DNA of 32,000 bases from Candidatus Electrothrix sp. GW3-4 (GCF_037902255.1 NZ_CP147990.1:3150001-3182000), one strand, 5' to 3'; numbered from the stretch's first letter, positions 1 to 9,166 are shown. Numbers and translations are program-made. Notes: a model not told the origin generated them from the sequence alone.

Positions 1-326
1 CCCGGATTTGAAGGGCGACCCGCCTTACCTGCCCATGCCTGTGCTTTACGGTCAAATGTGCTGATATAACTGATAGGTTTTGATTTTGCGGTGAATGTAA
101 ACTCAATAGATGCTTTCCCGGTTTCATGCGGCTTTGCCATCAGCCCTGCAGGAAGCCGGGGATTGACTTCTGCTGGCCATTTTTTAGTAAGCGACCACCA
201 AATGATATCCAGCAGAAAACTTTTTCCCAGCCCATTGTCACCGGTCAGCAAGTTCAGCCGCTCGCCGAATTCCAGCTGCAAAGCAGGAGCCGGGCCTACA
301 TTGTTCATGTTCAGTTGCTTAATCAT
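1..326 (-). CDS. AAA/SMC/ABC-type ATPase, N-terminal ~108 codons only (gene continues beyond the left window edge)
   Basis: Absent from the ORF track because it is open at the window edge. My minus-strand translation from the ATG at 326 is MIKQLNMNNVGPAPALQLEFGERLNLLTGDNGLGKSFLLDIIWWSLTKKWPAEVNPRLPAG... The Walker A motif GDNGLGKS sits ~30 aa from the start after a short beta lead-in, the RecF/SMC/OLD-type ATPase head layout. AGGA lies ~9 nt upstream of the ATG. Confidence 0.55.
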   Translation of the reverse strand, partial: MIKQLNMNNVGPAPALQLEFGERLNLLTGDNGLGKSFLLDIIWWSLTKKWPAEVNPRLPAGLMAKPHETGKASIEFTFTAKSKPISYISTFDRKAQAWAGKAGRPSNP

Positions 327-451
327 GGCACCAATCCTGTTTACTCTTCTTATTCAATCACATAGCCCCTCTTTCCTGTTTCAACACCGGGGACGGAAAA
401 GGCACTACAGAAAAACTATATCAGAATCACCTGGATCATTTTTCACGGATT

Positions 452-1048
452 TCAGAGATTCAGTCCACGCAGGACCCCTCCCTCGGAAAACAGCTCCAGG
501 ACAGTCAGGGAAGCGGGCTGGACATCGAAGAGCAGGTAGTTACGGGGAGAGATACCCAGGGCAAGACAAATCATGGTCCGGATGACACCACCGTGCGTCA
601 TAACAGCAACGGTATTATGCTCTGATGCGCTGAACATTGCCAGCATGGCCTCAACCCGGGCAATAAAGGCTGAGACCGCTTCTCCTTCTGGAAAGACAAA
701 GTCCAGGTATTGATTCCAGGCAGCGAGCTGCTCTTTATCCTGAGCAGCAATATCAGCAAAAGTTTGCAACTCCCAGCGTCCGAAGTTAATCTCCCGCAAA
801 CGGTCCTCATAGAGAGGTTCTCCCACCGGGCAGCCCAGCTGACGCACATGTTCCAGGGTCTGCCGGGTCCGCAGCATGGGACTGCAATACCAGCATTCAC
901 CCCCTTTCACGTCTGTTACGATATTACCTAAACGGGCAAGACCCTGGCCAGACAAAGGAACATCGCTGCTGCCAACAAGGCAACCCGAGGGGGCAGTGGT
1001 GGGTCCGTGACGGAGGAGAAGAAGCCGGGTCGGCATAGAGTCGGTCAT
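452..1048 (-). CDS. Histidine phosphatase family protein (phosphoglycerate-mutase-like; CobC/alpha-ribazole-phosphatase-like size)
   Basis: 198 aa. It has the N-terminal LLLLRHGPT (RHG catalytic motif) and the C-terminal MTHGGVIR second His motif. Length is typical of CobC-like enzymes. Confidence 0.8.
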   Translation of the reverse strand: MTDSMPTRLLLLRHGPTTAPSGCLVGSSDVPLSGQGLARLGNIVTDVKGGECWYCSPMLRTRQTLEHVRQLGCPVGEPLYEDRLREINFGRWELQTFADIAAQDKEQLAAWNQYLDFVFPEGEAVSAFIARVEAMLAMFSASEHNTVAVMTHGGVIRTMICLALGISPRNYLLFDVQPASLTVLELFSEGGVLRGLNL

Positions 1049-1062
1049 TCTATTAAACTCTT

Positions 1063-1143
1063 ATCCCGCTCCCTGGGGCGGGACAACAAAACATGCAAGA
1101 GAGGAAGCCTGGTTGGCTTATCCGACCACCTTCATATAAAAAT
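1063..1143 (+). repeat. Copy A of an ~80-bp structured intergenic repeat (GC hairpin plus conserved ACAACAAARCATG...CTGGTTGGCTT...CCGACCACYTTCATATAAA tail)
   Basis: tatcccgctccctggggcgggACAACAAAaCATGcAAGagaGGAAGcCTGGTTGGCTTatCCGACCACcTTCATATAAAAA aligns with copies at 27838-27917 and 27924-28002. Confidence 0.75.
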
Positions 1144-1208
1144 TTCATAAAGTACAGTTATCGTCCAGGGAAGACACAGGTGCGCAGGTTCTCCAATATA
1201 CACCCATT

Positions 1209-1256
1209 ACATACTCCTCTGTATACTCCACTGTATACTCCACTGTATACTCCATT
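1209..1256. repeat. Four tandem 12-bp units (acatactcctct / gtatactccact / gtatactccact / gtatactccatt), each centred on GTATAC
   Basis: Read directly from the sequence. It lies in the 446-bp divergent intergenic region between the histidine phosphatase gene (-) and the OMP gene (+). It also produces the spurious HTPLYTPLYTPLY ORF at 1093..1380. Confidence 0.85.
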
Positions 1257-1494
1257 GCCCCAGGGATACCAACGAGAAAAACATAGGTGTTTTGTACCAT
1301 TCCCAAGCCTTGCCTTCCTGAGCTTTGAGAACCTTTCCCCAGCAAGGCCTACCACAGCAAAGGAGGTCTCCCCTGTATAACTCTTTTTCCTGTCATATTT
1401 TTTTTATTTACTTCCCCTTTATTAATTCTGTATCCTATCAAGGATAGCGTAATATTTTTTTTAAGCAATGCTGAACCCTACACAGGAGGAAGAA

Positions 1495-2190
1495 ATGAAA
1501 AAGGTGATAGCAGCAGGGGCAATATTTCTGCTGGCCAGCGGGTCTCAACTATCCTATGCAGAAACCCAAAAAGTTGAACTGGAGGAAGTACAGCAACCCC
1601 AACAAGCATCACATCGCGATTGGGCAATCAGCGGATATATCGGTATGACGGATTTTGACGGCGACGAAAAACCAGATCCCTATCAACCGGAAAGAAGAAG
1701 CCATGAAATGGAATCAGATGCCGCCCTGACAGCGGGTGTTATCCTCAGTAAATATTACAAGGATTTCTCATTCAACCTCGGCATTGAATATATTCAGGAA
1801 GTCACCGTAGAAGACGAAGACGGTAACGAGCTCTCTGAACATAGCCACATCCCCATTTCTTTGGGTGTGAATTATCACTTTTATACAAACATCGTGGATC
1901 CGTATATTGGAGCTGGTATAGGCTATTCCTTCAACGACTCTTCAGACAGCGAATTTATCGCTAACCAGGGAATGAGTGCAGAAGTTGACGATAGCATGTT
2001 CTACTTTCTGACAGCTGGTGTCGAGTACCCTGTCAATGACAAGTATGCCCTCTTTTTGGCAGGACAGTACATTATCGGCGATGCTGATATGAAGGGAACC
2101 ATAGAAAGGCCCGAGGGAACGTTTGTGATAGAGGATGAGGCCAATATGGATCGCTATGAAGTAAATGTAGGTGTTAAATACTTCTTTTAA
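1495..2190 (+). CDS. Outer-membrane beta-barrel protein (small OMP/OmpW-like porin family)
   Basis: I chose the ATG at 1495 (MKKVIAAGAIFLLASGSQLSYA signal peptide) because AGGAGG sits at 1484-1489. The ORF track starts at 1468. The sequence shows alternating amphipathic strands, aromatic girdle residues and a C-terminal ...VGVKYFF ending in Phe. Confidence 0.75.
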   Translation: MKKVIAAGAIFLLASGSQLSYAETQKVELEEVQQPQQASHRDWAISGYIGMTDFDGDEKPDPYQPERRSHEMESDAALTAGVILSKYYKDFSFNLGIEYIQEVTVEDEDGNELSEHSHIPISLGVNYHFYTNIVDPYIGAGIGYSFNDSSDSEFIANQGMSAEVDDSMFYFLTAGVEYPVNDKYALFLAGQYIIGDADMKGTIERPEGTFVIEDEANMDRYEVNVGVKYFF

Positions 2191-2231
2191 AAAGGAGCAC
2201 ACCGAACCGTTTACCAAACAGTTTCTGGTAC

Positions 2232-2283
2232 AAAGGCTGCCCTGGCGCAGCCTTTAACGACAAGAAAAAGAGCGGGCTCTTTT
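2232..2283. terminator. Two hairpins between convergent OMP and cheB genes (AAAGGCTGC-cctggc-GCAGCCTTT, then AAAAGAGC-gg-GCTCTTTT)
   Basis: A perfect 9-bp stem spans 2232-2255. The second, A/T-flanked palindrome spans 2266-2283. No long U-tract follows the first hairpin. Confidence 0.35.
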
Positions 2284-2311
2284 CCCGAGCGCCCCCCCTT
2301 CCCGTCCGACT

Positions 2312-2917
2312 TCATAGCAGCACCGGAGCTGTCCCTTCCTGCCCGACCGGGCAATCATCAGTAAGGCTCAGCAAAAAATTCCCTAACTCGGCCAGGGGCA
2401 ATATATAATCAACCTCTGTACAGGCCAAGGCCGCCCTGGGCATCTCAGGGAACTTGGCCGTTGCAGGATCTTCTACCAAAGTCAGCCCACCATATTCTTT
2501 GATCCGTTGCAGACCACGGGCACCGTCATGATTAGCTCCGGTCATGAGGACACCGACCAGCTCAGCACCGTAGACGTCTGCTGCACTCTCAAACAGGACA
2601 TCAATGGAGGGGCGTGAGTAATTCACCTTTTCATCAAAGGCCAGCGAAAAGGTTTCATCCCGCTCAACAAGGAGATGATAATCAGGTGGAGCAATATAAA
2701 TATGTCCCGGCAAGATCCTCTCCTTTTCCTCCGCCTCTTCAACCTTGAGCGCTGTTCGCTCATTATAAAACCGGACCAAGGTCCTGTCTTGCTCCTTATG
2801 CAGATGCTGGACAAGGATAATCGGCAGAGCAAATTGCGCAGGCAATTTGCTCAGGATATGCACAAAGGCCTCTATGCCCCCAGCCGAAGCCCCAAGAACT
2901 ATCGCCTTATATCTCAT
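2312..2917 (-). CDS. cheB: Protein-glutamate methylesterase CheB, catalytic domain only (no N-terminal receiver)
   Basis: 201 aa starting directly at MRYKAIVLGASAGGIEA (Ser nucleophile motif GASAGG). It also has LVQHLH (His) and LMTGANHDGARGL (Asp). Its start overlaps the cheR stop (ATGA). Confidence 0.85.
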   Translation of the reverse strand: MRYKAIVLGASAGGIEAFVHILSKLPAQFALPIILVQHLHKEQDRTLVRFYNERTALKVEEAEEKERILPGHIYIAPPDYHLLVERDETFSLAFDEKVNYSRPSIDVLFESAADVYGAELVGVLMTGANHDGARGLQRIKEYGGLTLVEDPATAKFPEMPRAALACTEVDYILPLAELGNFLLSLTDDCPVGQEGTAPVLL

Positions 2918-3762
2918 ACCTGGGACGGGAAGCTGTGCGCAACATGTTTACGATATATCCTGTTCTTCCTGTCCAGCCGTTCATACTGCTCAGCCAAACT
3001 GAAAAATCGGAGCGACTCCCTGCCACCAAGGCAGAGAAAGCCCCCCCTGATCAGACTTTGGTCAAAGAGCTTCAGCACCCTGTCCTGTAATTTCTTATCA
3101 AAATAAATCATCACATTACGACAGAGAATGAGATGCATCTCTCCAAACACCTGATCAGAAACAAGGTTATGGTTGGCAAAGGTAATCTTGTTCTTTAACC
3201 CCCTATCCATAACGACATCATCCTGATCAGCATGATAATATCTGCTAAAAGAGTGAACAGAGCCTGTCTCCTGAAAATTTTCCGTATACTCCCGCACCTG
3301 TTTCAAGGGATAGATCCCCCTTTTGGCTTTGGCCAGGGATTCATCATTGATGTCTGTGGCAAAAAGGGTTGCCTTTTCCAAGAGTCCTTCCTCTTTCAGT
3401 AAAATAGCGACAGAATAGGCTTCTTCTCCGGTTGCACAGCCAGCCACCCAGATCTTAATGAAGGGATACGTTTTCAAAAGCGGGACCACTTCTTCCCGCA
3501 ATGCCCGATAAAAGGCAGGGTCGCGAAACATCTCTGTAACGGTAACGGAGAACTCACACAGGAGACTTTGGAAAAACAAGGGTTCACGAATAATCCTGGG
3601 CAACAACGCACCAATCGTCTCGACGTCGTTCTTGGCAAGAAACTGCTCAATACGCCTGCGAATAGTAGCTTGAGCATAATTGCGAAAATCATAGCCGTAA
3701 CGAAGAAAAACAGCCTCCAGTAACAGGGTCCGCTCAATCTCTTCAAGTTCTTTTTCCTGCAT
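2914..3762 (-). CDS. cheR: Chemotaxis-type protein-glutamate O-methyltransferase CheR
   Basis: It has the N-terminal helical domain LLLEAVFLRYGYDFRNYAQATIRRRI and the SAM-binding IWVAGCATGEEAYSVAILL. I prefer the ATG at 3762 (AGGTGG just upstream). The ORF track's GTG at 3810 would overlap the kinase stop by 16 nt. Confidence 0.85.
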   Translation of the reverse strand: MQEKELEEIERTLLLEAVFLRYGYDFRNYAQATIRRRIEQFLAKNDVETIGALLPRIIREPLFFQSLLCEFSVTVTEMFRDPAFYRALREEVVPLLKTYPFIKIWVAGCATGEEAYSVAILLKEEGLLEKATLFATDINDESLAKAKRGIYPLKQVREYTENFQETGSVHSFSRYYHADQDDVVMDRGLKNKITFANHNLVSDQVFGEMHLILCRNVMIYFDKKLQDRVLKLFDQSLIRGGFLCLGGRESLRFFSLAEQYERLDRKNRIYRKHVAHSFPSQV

Positions 3763-3794
3763 AGACCACCTGTTATCTTTTTCCAAGGCACACG

Positions 3795-6700
3795 CTATCT
3801 GTACAGCCACACCCGCATCATAGAAAGCAGCCTCTCTACATCAACTGGTTTTGCCAGGTAATCACTGGCACCTGCTTCAAGACATTTATCCCGATCATCC
3901 TTCATCGCCTTGGCAGTTAAGGCAATAATCGGCAGCTTCCAAAACTGCTTTTGCTCCCGTATGCTCCTCGTTGCCTCATACCCGTCCATCTCCGGCATCA
4001 TGATATCCATCAGCACGATATCAATGCCCTCTTCCTGGACCAGCATCTCTAATGCCTTTTTTCCATCTTCTGCGACAATCACTTCCATCCCCTTCTGCTC
4101 AAGAACCCCGGAAAGAGCAAAAACATTGCGCATATCGTCATCAACAAGAAGGACCTTTTTTCCCTGAAACATCTTGTCCCGATCATAGAGGTCAGCAATA
4201 ATTTGCTGTTGTTGAGCAGGCATGGTTTCCACCATTCTATGGAGAAAGAGTGAAGTCTCGTCAAGTAGCCGTTCCTGTGACCGAGCATCTTTAATAATAA
4301 TGGATTCTGAATACCTCTTCAGTTCACGTTCCTCTTCTCTGGTCAAATCCCTGCCGGTATAGATAATAACGGGAGGAATAACAAGATCAGCAGCGCCTGC
4401 CAATCGCTGCAGCAGTTCAATCCCGTTGCAGTCAGGAAGCCCAAGGTCCAGCACCATGCAGTCAAATCGTTGTGCTCCTAAGAGCTTCTCTACCTCTTTT
4501 CCTGTTCTGGCCTCAAAGGTTTCTGTGTCGCTATTTCCGACCAAATCGACCAAAACGCTTCGCAACTTATCGTCGTCCTCAACAACCAAGAGCTTCTTTA
4601 TCTTTTTATTGATAACAGACTCAAAACGATCAAAGGCCGCAATCAACTGCTCCCGAGTGACCGGCTTAGAAAGGAAACCAATAGCACCGAGGTTCATCGC
4701 CTTACGACTCACCTCTTCCGCAGACATCATATGGACGGGTATATGACGAGTGCTGGCATTGGACTTCAGGCTGCTCAGCACTGTCCAGCCATCAATCCCA
4801 GGCAATCGGATATCCAGAATAATTCCAGAAGGACGATATTGCTCAGCCAGTTGCAGCCCCTCTTCACCATTATCCGTCACCAGGGCCTTAAAGTCAGATT
4901 CATGACATTGGTCTAAAAGGATCTCAGCAAATTTGGGATCATCTTCAACAAGCAACATAACCCTGTCTTGGTCAGCAAGATGGTCTCGATCGTCCGGCAC
5001 TGCGAAGGGCCGAGCCCCAGCATCTCTCTCATCCGCCTGTGGAGATCCGGTGTTTGGAGCCACAACAGGTTCTGCCTGCTGTGGTTTATCGCCTTTTTCT
5101 GGCAAAGGTTCTGTGCCAAGAGGCAGATACAGGGTAAAGGTTGAGCCCTTTCCACGTTCACTGACCAACCCGATCTCTCCACCGAGCAAGGCAGCCAATT
5201 CTTTTGAAATTGAGAGGCCAAGACCGGTGCCACCGTACTTCCGGGCCGTTGAGCCATCTGCCTGCTGGAACGCCTCAAAGATAAAACGTTGTTTTTCTGC
5301 CGGGATGCCGATACCTGTATCCTTAACAGAAATGGCGATGGCCTGTTCAGGTTGCAAGGTCTCTGATTGAAGCCGTGCTGTTGCTGGCATCCGTGCAATC
5401 ATCAGCTCAATTCGGCCTTCTGCGGTGAACTTGATGCTATTACCGAGAAAATTTTTCAAAATCTGCTCAACACGTTTACGATCAGTGAAGATTGATTGCG
5501 GAAGATCATCGGCCAGGTTAACAGAAAAAACCACTCCCTTGTTTTCCGCCATATGTTTGAACAGGGTTTGGGCATTCTCCGCCAAATCAGTCAACGGAAC
5601 TTCTTCCACATCCTTGACGATCTGTCCTGCCTCAATCTTAGAGAGGTCCAGGATCTCGTTAATAAGATCTAAAAGATCATTGCCTGATTCAACAATGATA
5701 CCGGCTGATTTCTGCTGTTTTTCCGTCATATTGCCGTCCTTATTTGCGGCAAGGGATTGGGCAAGGAGTAACAGGCTATTCAGCGGGGTACGCAGTTCAT
5801 GGCTCATATTGGCCAAAAACTCAGATTTATATTTCGAGGCCAAAGCAAGATCCTTGGAACGTTCCTCTATTCGTTCCTTTGCCGCAAGAAGTTCTTCATT
5901 ACGTTTCTTTATTTTCTTCCTTTCCACCATCAGGGCTTCTGATTTCTCTTCAAGAGCAGCATTGGTTTCTTTGAGTTCTTCCTGCTGGCTTTCCAGCTCC
6001 TGCTGAAAGTTTTTCAGAGCGATCGTCTGGGACTCCAGTTCTTCGTTGGTTGCCATCAGCTCTTCACTCTGCTGCCTTAATTCCTCGGCCTGCTCGCGGG
6101 TCTCTCCCAGGAGTTCCTCTACTTCCTGTTTGCTTCGGGCAGAGCGGAAGGCTATGGCGATATGCTCGGTCACAGTATCCAGAAATTCCATCTGCTCATC
6201 TGTGATCTCTGCAAAAGCAGCAAACTCAAGCACCCCAAGTAATGCCTCTTCATGGAGAAAAGGAACCGCCAGAAGATTACAGGGTGATGCATCTCCCAAC
6301 GTAGAATTGATCCGGACATAATCTTCTGGAAGATCCGTGACCGAGATCATATTTTTCTCCAATGCGGCCTGCCCGGCAATCCCTTCGCCTATGGTTACCC
6401 TGCTATTGAGCCCCTTACGTTTATGAAAGGCATAACTCCCCTTCAGAGTCATGGTCTCTCCGCTGCGGTCAACAAGGTACAGGGAGGCCATCTGGACATT
6501 AAGGAGTTTGGCGAGATAAGCAATAATATTCATCGCCAAGGTCGAAATATCCTGCTCACCCCGCATCTGGTCAGAGAGTTCTGCCATTGCGGTTTTTTCA
6601 TGGAAATTTTTCGCCACTGTTTCCGCCATGCGGTCCAGGGCATTGGCCATCTGGCCGATCTCATCCGTACGCTGCATATTAAGGCGGCGGTGAAAATCAC

Positions 6701-7856
6701 CAGCAGCGATCCCGTCGGCTATTCCAGCCGCCTGGACAACAGGACGACTGATTGAGCGGACAATCAACCAGGCAATGACCCCAACAATAAAGAAGGTCAA
6801 AAGAAGACCTGTGAGAACCCATCTTGTAACCTTATTCTCCACATCAATACGGATTTCATTCACAGCGGTCCGGGACCGCATCGCCTCTGCCTCATCAGAT
6901 TCACAGATAAGCGCCCATCGGGCATCGAATACATCAACCGGTACCCAGGATGCAAGCACCCTCTTCCCGCGATAATCCAGGATAATTCCCGTCCCCTTTT
7001 CTCCCCCAATCGCATTTCTACTGGCCACCGTATTGACCTTATTCCCCTGCCGGAAGGACTCTACCCGACTGTAATTATCTGGATCCAAAACAGAATCTGA
7101 ACGCATATACCCATCTGCCCCCACGAGATAGGCCTCCAGCGACTCTGTCTTGCTCGAGGCCAGCTTGATCGTATTCCTCAAGGCCTCGGTGGAGGGCTGG
7201 ACAGCCAGATACCCAAGCTCCTCTTTTCTTTCTCCTGAACTGTCATATATCCGAGTAATCAGGAAAGCTGAGGGAAGGTTAGCCAACGGTGGGTAGGGCG
7301 CATAATCTCCAAAGGCAATCTCCCGCTCCTGCTCCGTACGAATCTGAGAATACGCCCTGCCAAGAGAGGTATTTTTTAAGGGATTCATGACCAATGACTT
7401 ACCGAGATCAGAGGACTTCTGCATAGAATAAATTATATCCCCGTCCCGATTGATCAGGTAAAGATTATTCCAGTCAAGGTGAACACAGAGGTACTGAAAA
7501 AGGACATCATTCAACAAGGCCAGAGAGTTCCACTCATCGCTTTCCACCGAATCTCTGGCCAGCCGGAACTCCCTGTCAACAGACTGGAATGTCTCCTGAA
7601 GCCATGAATTATCCCGTAACATGTACATCTGCCCTTCCATCGTCCGAAAAAAATAGGCTATCTGCTTTTCCTTTATGCTACACATGGTTGTGAGCTGATC
7701 ATGGGCAACATGCTCCACAGCCGCGACGCTTGTCTCACCAATGGTCTCAAAGCCCCTTGAGACAGTTAACCAGATCACAACGCTGATAAACAACAAAGGG
7801 AGTATTCCCATGCCGAGATGAGAGAAAATCAATTTTGCGCCCAGATTGAATCTCAT
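3795..7856 (-). CDS. Hybrid sensor histidine kinase: TM, ~330-aa periplasmic Cache-like domain, TM, HAMP, GAF, long coiled coil, HisKA, HATPase_c, then three receiver domains
   Basis: The H-box is FLANMSHELRTPLNS (His codon at 5799-5801). The ATPase G-boxes are DTGIGI and GGTGLGLSISK. The three REC domains are LLVEDD...ILDIRLPGIDG, LLVVEDD...VLDLGLPDCNG and VLLVDDD...LMDIMMPEMDG. I place the start at MRFNLGAKLIF (7856) because GGAGAAGAA lies immediately upstream. The longer ORF from 7964 would overlap the upstream gene. Confidence 0.9.
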   Translation of the reverse strand: MRFNLGAKLIFSHLGMGILPLLFISVVIWLTVSRGFETIGETSVAAVEHVAHDQLTTMCSIKEKQIAYFFRTMEGQMYMLRDNSWLQETFQSVDREFRLARDSVESDEWNSLALLNDVLFQYLCVHLDWNNLYLINRDGDIIYSMQKSSDLGKSLVMNPLKNTSLGRAYSQIRTEQEREIAFGDYAPYPPLANLPSAFLITRIYDSSGERKEELGYLAVQPSTEALRNTIKLASSKTESLEAYLVGADGYMRSDSVLDPDNYSRVESFRQGNKVNTVASRNAIGGEKGTGIILDYRGKRVLASWVPVDVFDARWALICESDEAEAMRSRTAVNEIRIDVENKVTRWVLTGLLLTFFIVGVIAWLIVRSISRPVVQAAGIADGIAAGDFHRRLNMQRTDEIGQMANALDRMAETVAKNFHEKTAMAELSDQMRGEQDISTLAMNIIAYLAKLLNVQMASLYLVDRSGETMTLKGSYAFHKRKGLNSRVTIGEGIAGQAALEKNMISVTDLPEDYVRINSTLGDASPCNLLAVPFLHEEALLGVLEFAAFAEITDEQMEFLDTVTEHIAIAFRSARSKQEVEELLGETREQAEELRQQSEELMATNEELESQTIALKNFQQELESQQEELKETNAALEEKSEALMVERKKIKKRNEELLAAKERIEERSKDLALASKYKSEFLANMSHELRTPLNSLLLLAQSLAANKDGNMTEKQQKSAGIIVESGNDLLDLINEILDLSKIEAGQIVKDVEEVPLTDLAENAQTLFKHMAENKGVVFSVNLADDLPQSIFTDRKRVEQILKNFLGNSIKFTAEGRIELMIARMPATARLQSETLQPEQAIAISVKDTGIGIPAEKQRFIFEAFQQADGSTARKYGGTGLGLSISKELAALLGGEIGLVSERGKGSTFTLYLPLGTEPLPEKGDKPQQAEPVVAPNTGSPQADERDAGARPFAVPDDRDHLADQDRVMLLVEDDPKFAEILLDQCHESDFKALVTDNGEEGLQLAEQYRPSGIILDIRLPGIDGWTVLSSLKSNASTRHIPVHMMSAEEVSRKAMNLGAIGFLSKPVTREQLIAAFDRFESVINKKIKKLLVVEDDDKLRSVLVDLVGNSDTETFEARTGKEVEKLLGAQRFDCMVLDLGLPDCNGIELLQRLAGAADLVIPPVIIYTGRDLTREEERELKRYSESIIIKDARSQERLLDETSLFLHRMVETMPAQQQQIIADLYDRDKMFQGKKVLLVDDDMRNVFALSGVLEQKGMEVIVAEDGKKALEMLVQEEGIDIVLMDIMMPEMDGYEATRSIREQKQFWKLPIIALTAKAMKDDRDKCLEAGASDYLAKPVDVERLLSMMRVWLYR

Positions 7857-7866
7857 ATTCTTCTCC

Positions 7867-8862
7867 TCAGGAGAGAGCCTTTTCCTGCAAGGCATTTTTT
7901 CCTTGATAGACGACAACCCGATTCCGGCCGCTTTCTTTTGCCTGATACAAGGCCTCATCGGCAAAAGAAATCATACAGCTTGCGGTTTGATGCACTTCTT
8001 TATTATAGGAGGTCACCCCTATGCTTACGGTGATTTTCACAGCATAGTTTCTGTCATCAATCATTGTTTCTTCACATTTCCGACGTATTTTTTCGGCGGT
8101 CTTTGCGGCACCGCCCGCACCAGTCAGAGGTAAAAGGACAATGAACTCTTCCCCACCGAAACGAAACACCAGGTCAGACTTTCGAACCGTTGTTCGCAGA
8201 AGAGTAGAAAACGCTTTCAGTACATAATCACCAAACTCGTGCCCAAAATTATCATTGATGTTTTTAAAATGATCAAGATCAAGCATGATCAGAGAGAGCT
8301 CTGTTCCATGCCGGCAACAACGATTGAATTCCTGCTCCAGAGAAGCAACAAGATGACGACGATTACAAAGCCCTGTCAGATCATCATGGGTTGAAAGCCG
8401 TTGCAACTGCCTATTCTGCTTCAAAACCAATTTCTTGGTCTTCTCAAGCTCCTGAATAGTCTCTTTCAGCTTGATTTTCTGGAGATATATCTCAATAAAA
8501 AATTGTATCTTCCCTGCAAGGATTTCCGGAGAAAAAGGTTTGGTAATAAAATCAACCGCCCCGGAATCGTATCCTTTAAAAATATGAAAATCGTCGGAAT
8601 AAATAGCGGAGAGAAAAATGATAGGGAGCTTCGAGGTCTGTTTTCGATTCCTGATCAGTTGAGCCAGTTCGTACCCGTCCATTTCGGGCATCTGCACATC
8701 GAGAATCGCCAAAGCGAAATCGTGCGTCAAGGCCTCACGAAGGGCATCATTACCACTGGTTGCCTTAATAAAGGTAGCACCAACGCCACTAAAAGTTTCC
8801 TCCAACGCAATGAGATTATTTATCTTATCGTCAACAATCAGTATATCAACCGTATCAACCAT
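7867..8862 (-). CDS. Response regulator-diguanylate cyclase (REC-coiled coil-GGDEF, PleD/WspR-like)
   Basis: The REC domain reads ILIVDDK...ILDVQMPEMDGYEL...K. The GGDEF domain has an intact GGEEF active site, and an RxxD I-site (RKSD) sits 5 residues upstream of it. The gene ends 10 nt before the kinase start. Confidence 0.9.
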   Translation of the reverse strand: MVDTVDILIVDDKINNLIALEETFSGVGATFIKATSGNDALREALTHDFALAILDVQMPEMDGYELAQLIRNRKQTSKLPIIFLSAIYSDDFHIFKGYDSGAVDFITKPFSPEILAGKIQFFIEIYLQKIKLKETIQELEKTKKLVLKQNRQLQRLSTHDDLTGLCNRRHLVASLEQEFNRCCRHGTELSLIMLDLDHFKNINDNFGHEFGDYVLKAFSTLLRTTVRKSDLVFRFGGEEFIVLLPLTGAGGAAKTAEKIRRKCEETMIDDRNYAVKITVSIGVTSYNKEVHQTASCMISFADEALYQAKESGRNRVVVYQGKNALQEKALS

Positions 8863-9096
8863 ACAGCTTTCCTGTCAATTATGCTCAAGCTTCGAAAAAG
8901 TTAAAAAAAGAGAATAGATCATTCTTCTTATTATATGTTACCAGTTTATTCTTGGGAAGATAATACCCTGATAAATCTCTTCTGTTCATTCCGTTGCCCA
9001 TTTCAACAATTTTCCCTGTCAATTCCAGCGTATTTTTTTCGTAAATGAAAGTATATCAGGCAAGATTGGGAAATGGGCTGAAATATGGAAAAAATG

Positions 9097-9124
9097 TTGC
9101 CTTTTTTGAGTCTGTATGTATAAT
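9097..9124 (+). promoter_or_regulatory. Candidate sigma70-type promoter for rpmB (TTGCCT-N16-TATAAT)
   Basis: The hexamers are at 9097-9102 and 9119-9124, ~43 nt upstream of the rpmB ATG. AAGGAG lies before the ATG. Confidence 0.35.
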
Positions 9125-9166
9125 ATCGCCTTTAACAAATAACCCGTTGCAAGGAGCATATATATC

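Noticed and set aside
91-585. A 164-aa plus-strand ORF at the left end.
   Set aside because: It overlaps both the minus-strand ATPase N-terminus (clear Walker A) and the 3' end of the histidine phosphatase gene. It has Ser/Pro-rich composition without motifs.
1093-1380. A 95-aa ORF containing HTPLYTPLYTPLYTPL.
   Set aside because: The peptide repeat is simply the translation of the 12-bp DNA tandem repeat. The ORF starts inside the intergenic repeat element, and the copy A versus copy C differences there do not follow a coding (third-position) pattern.
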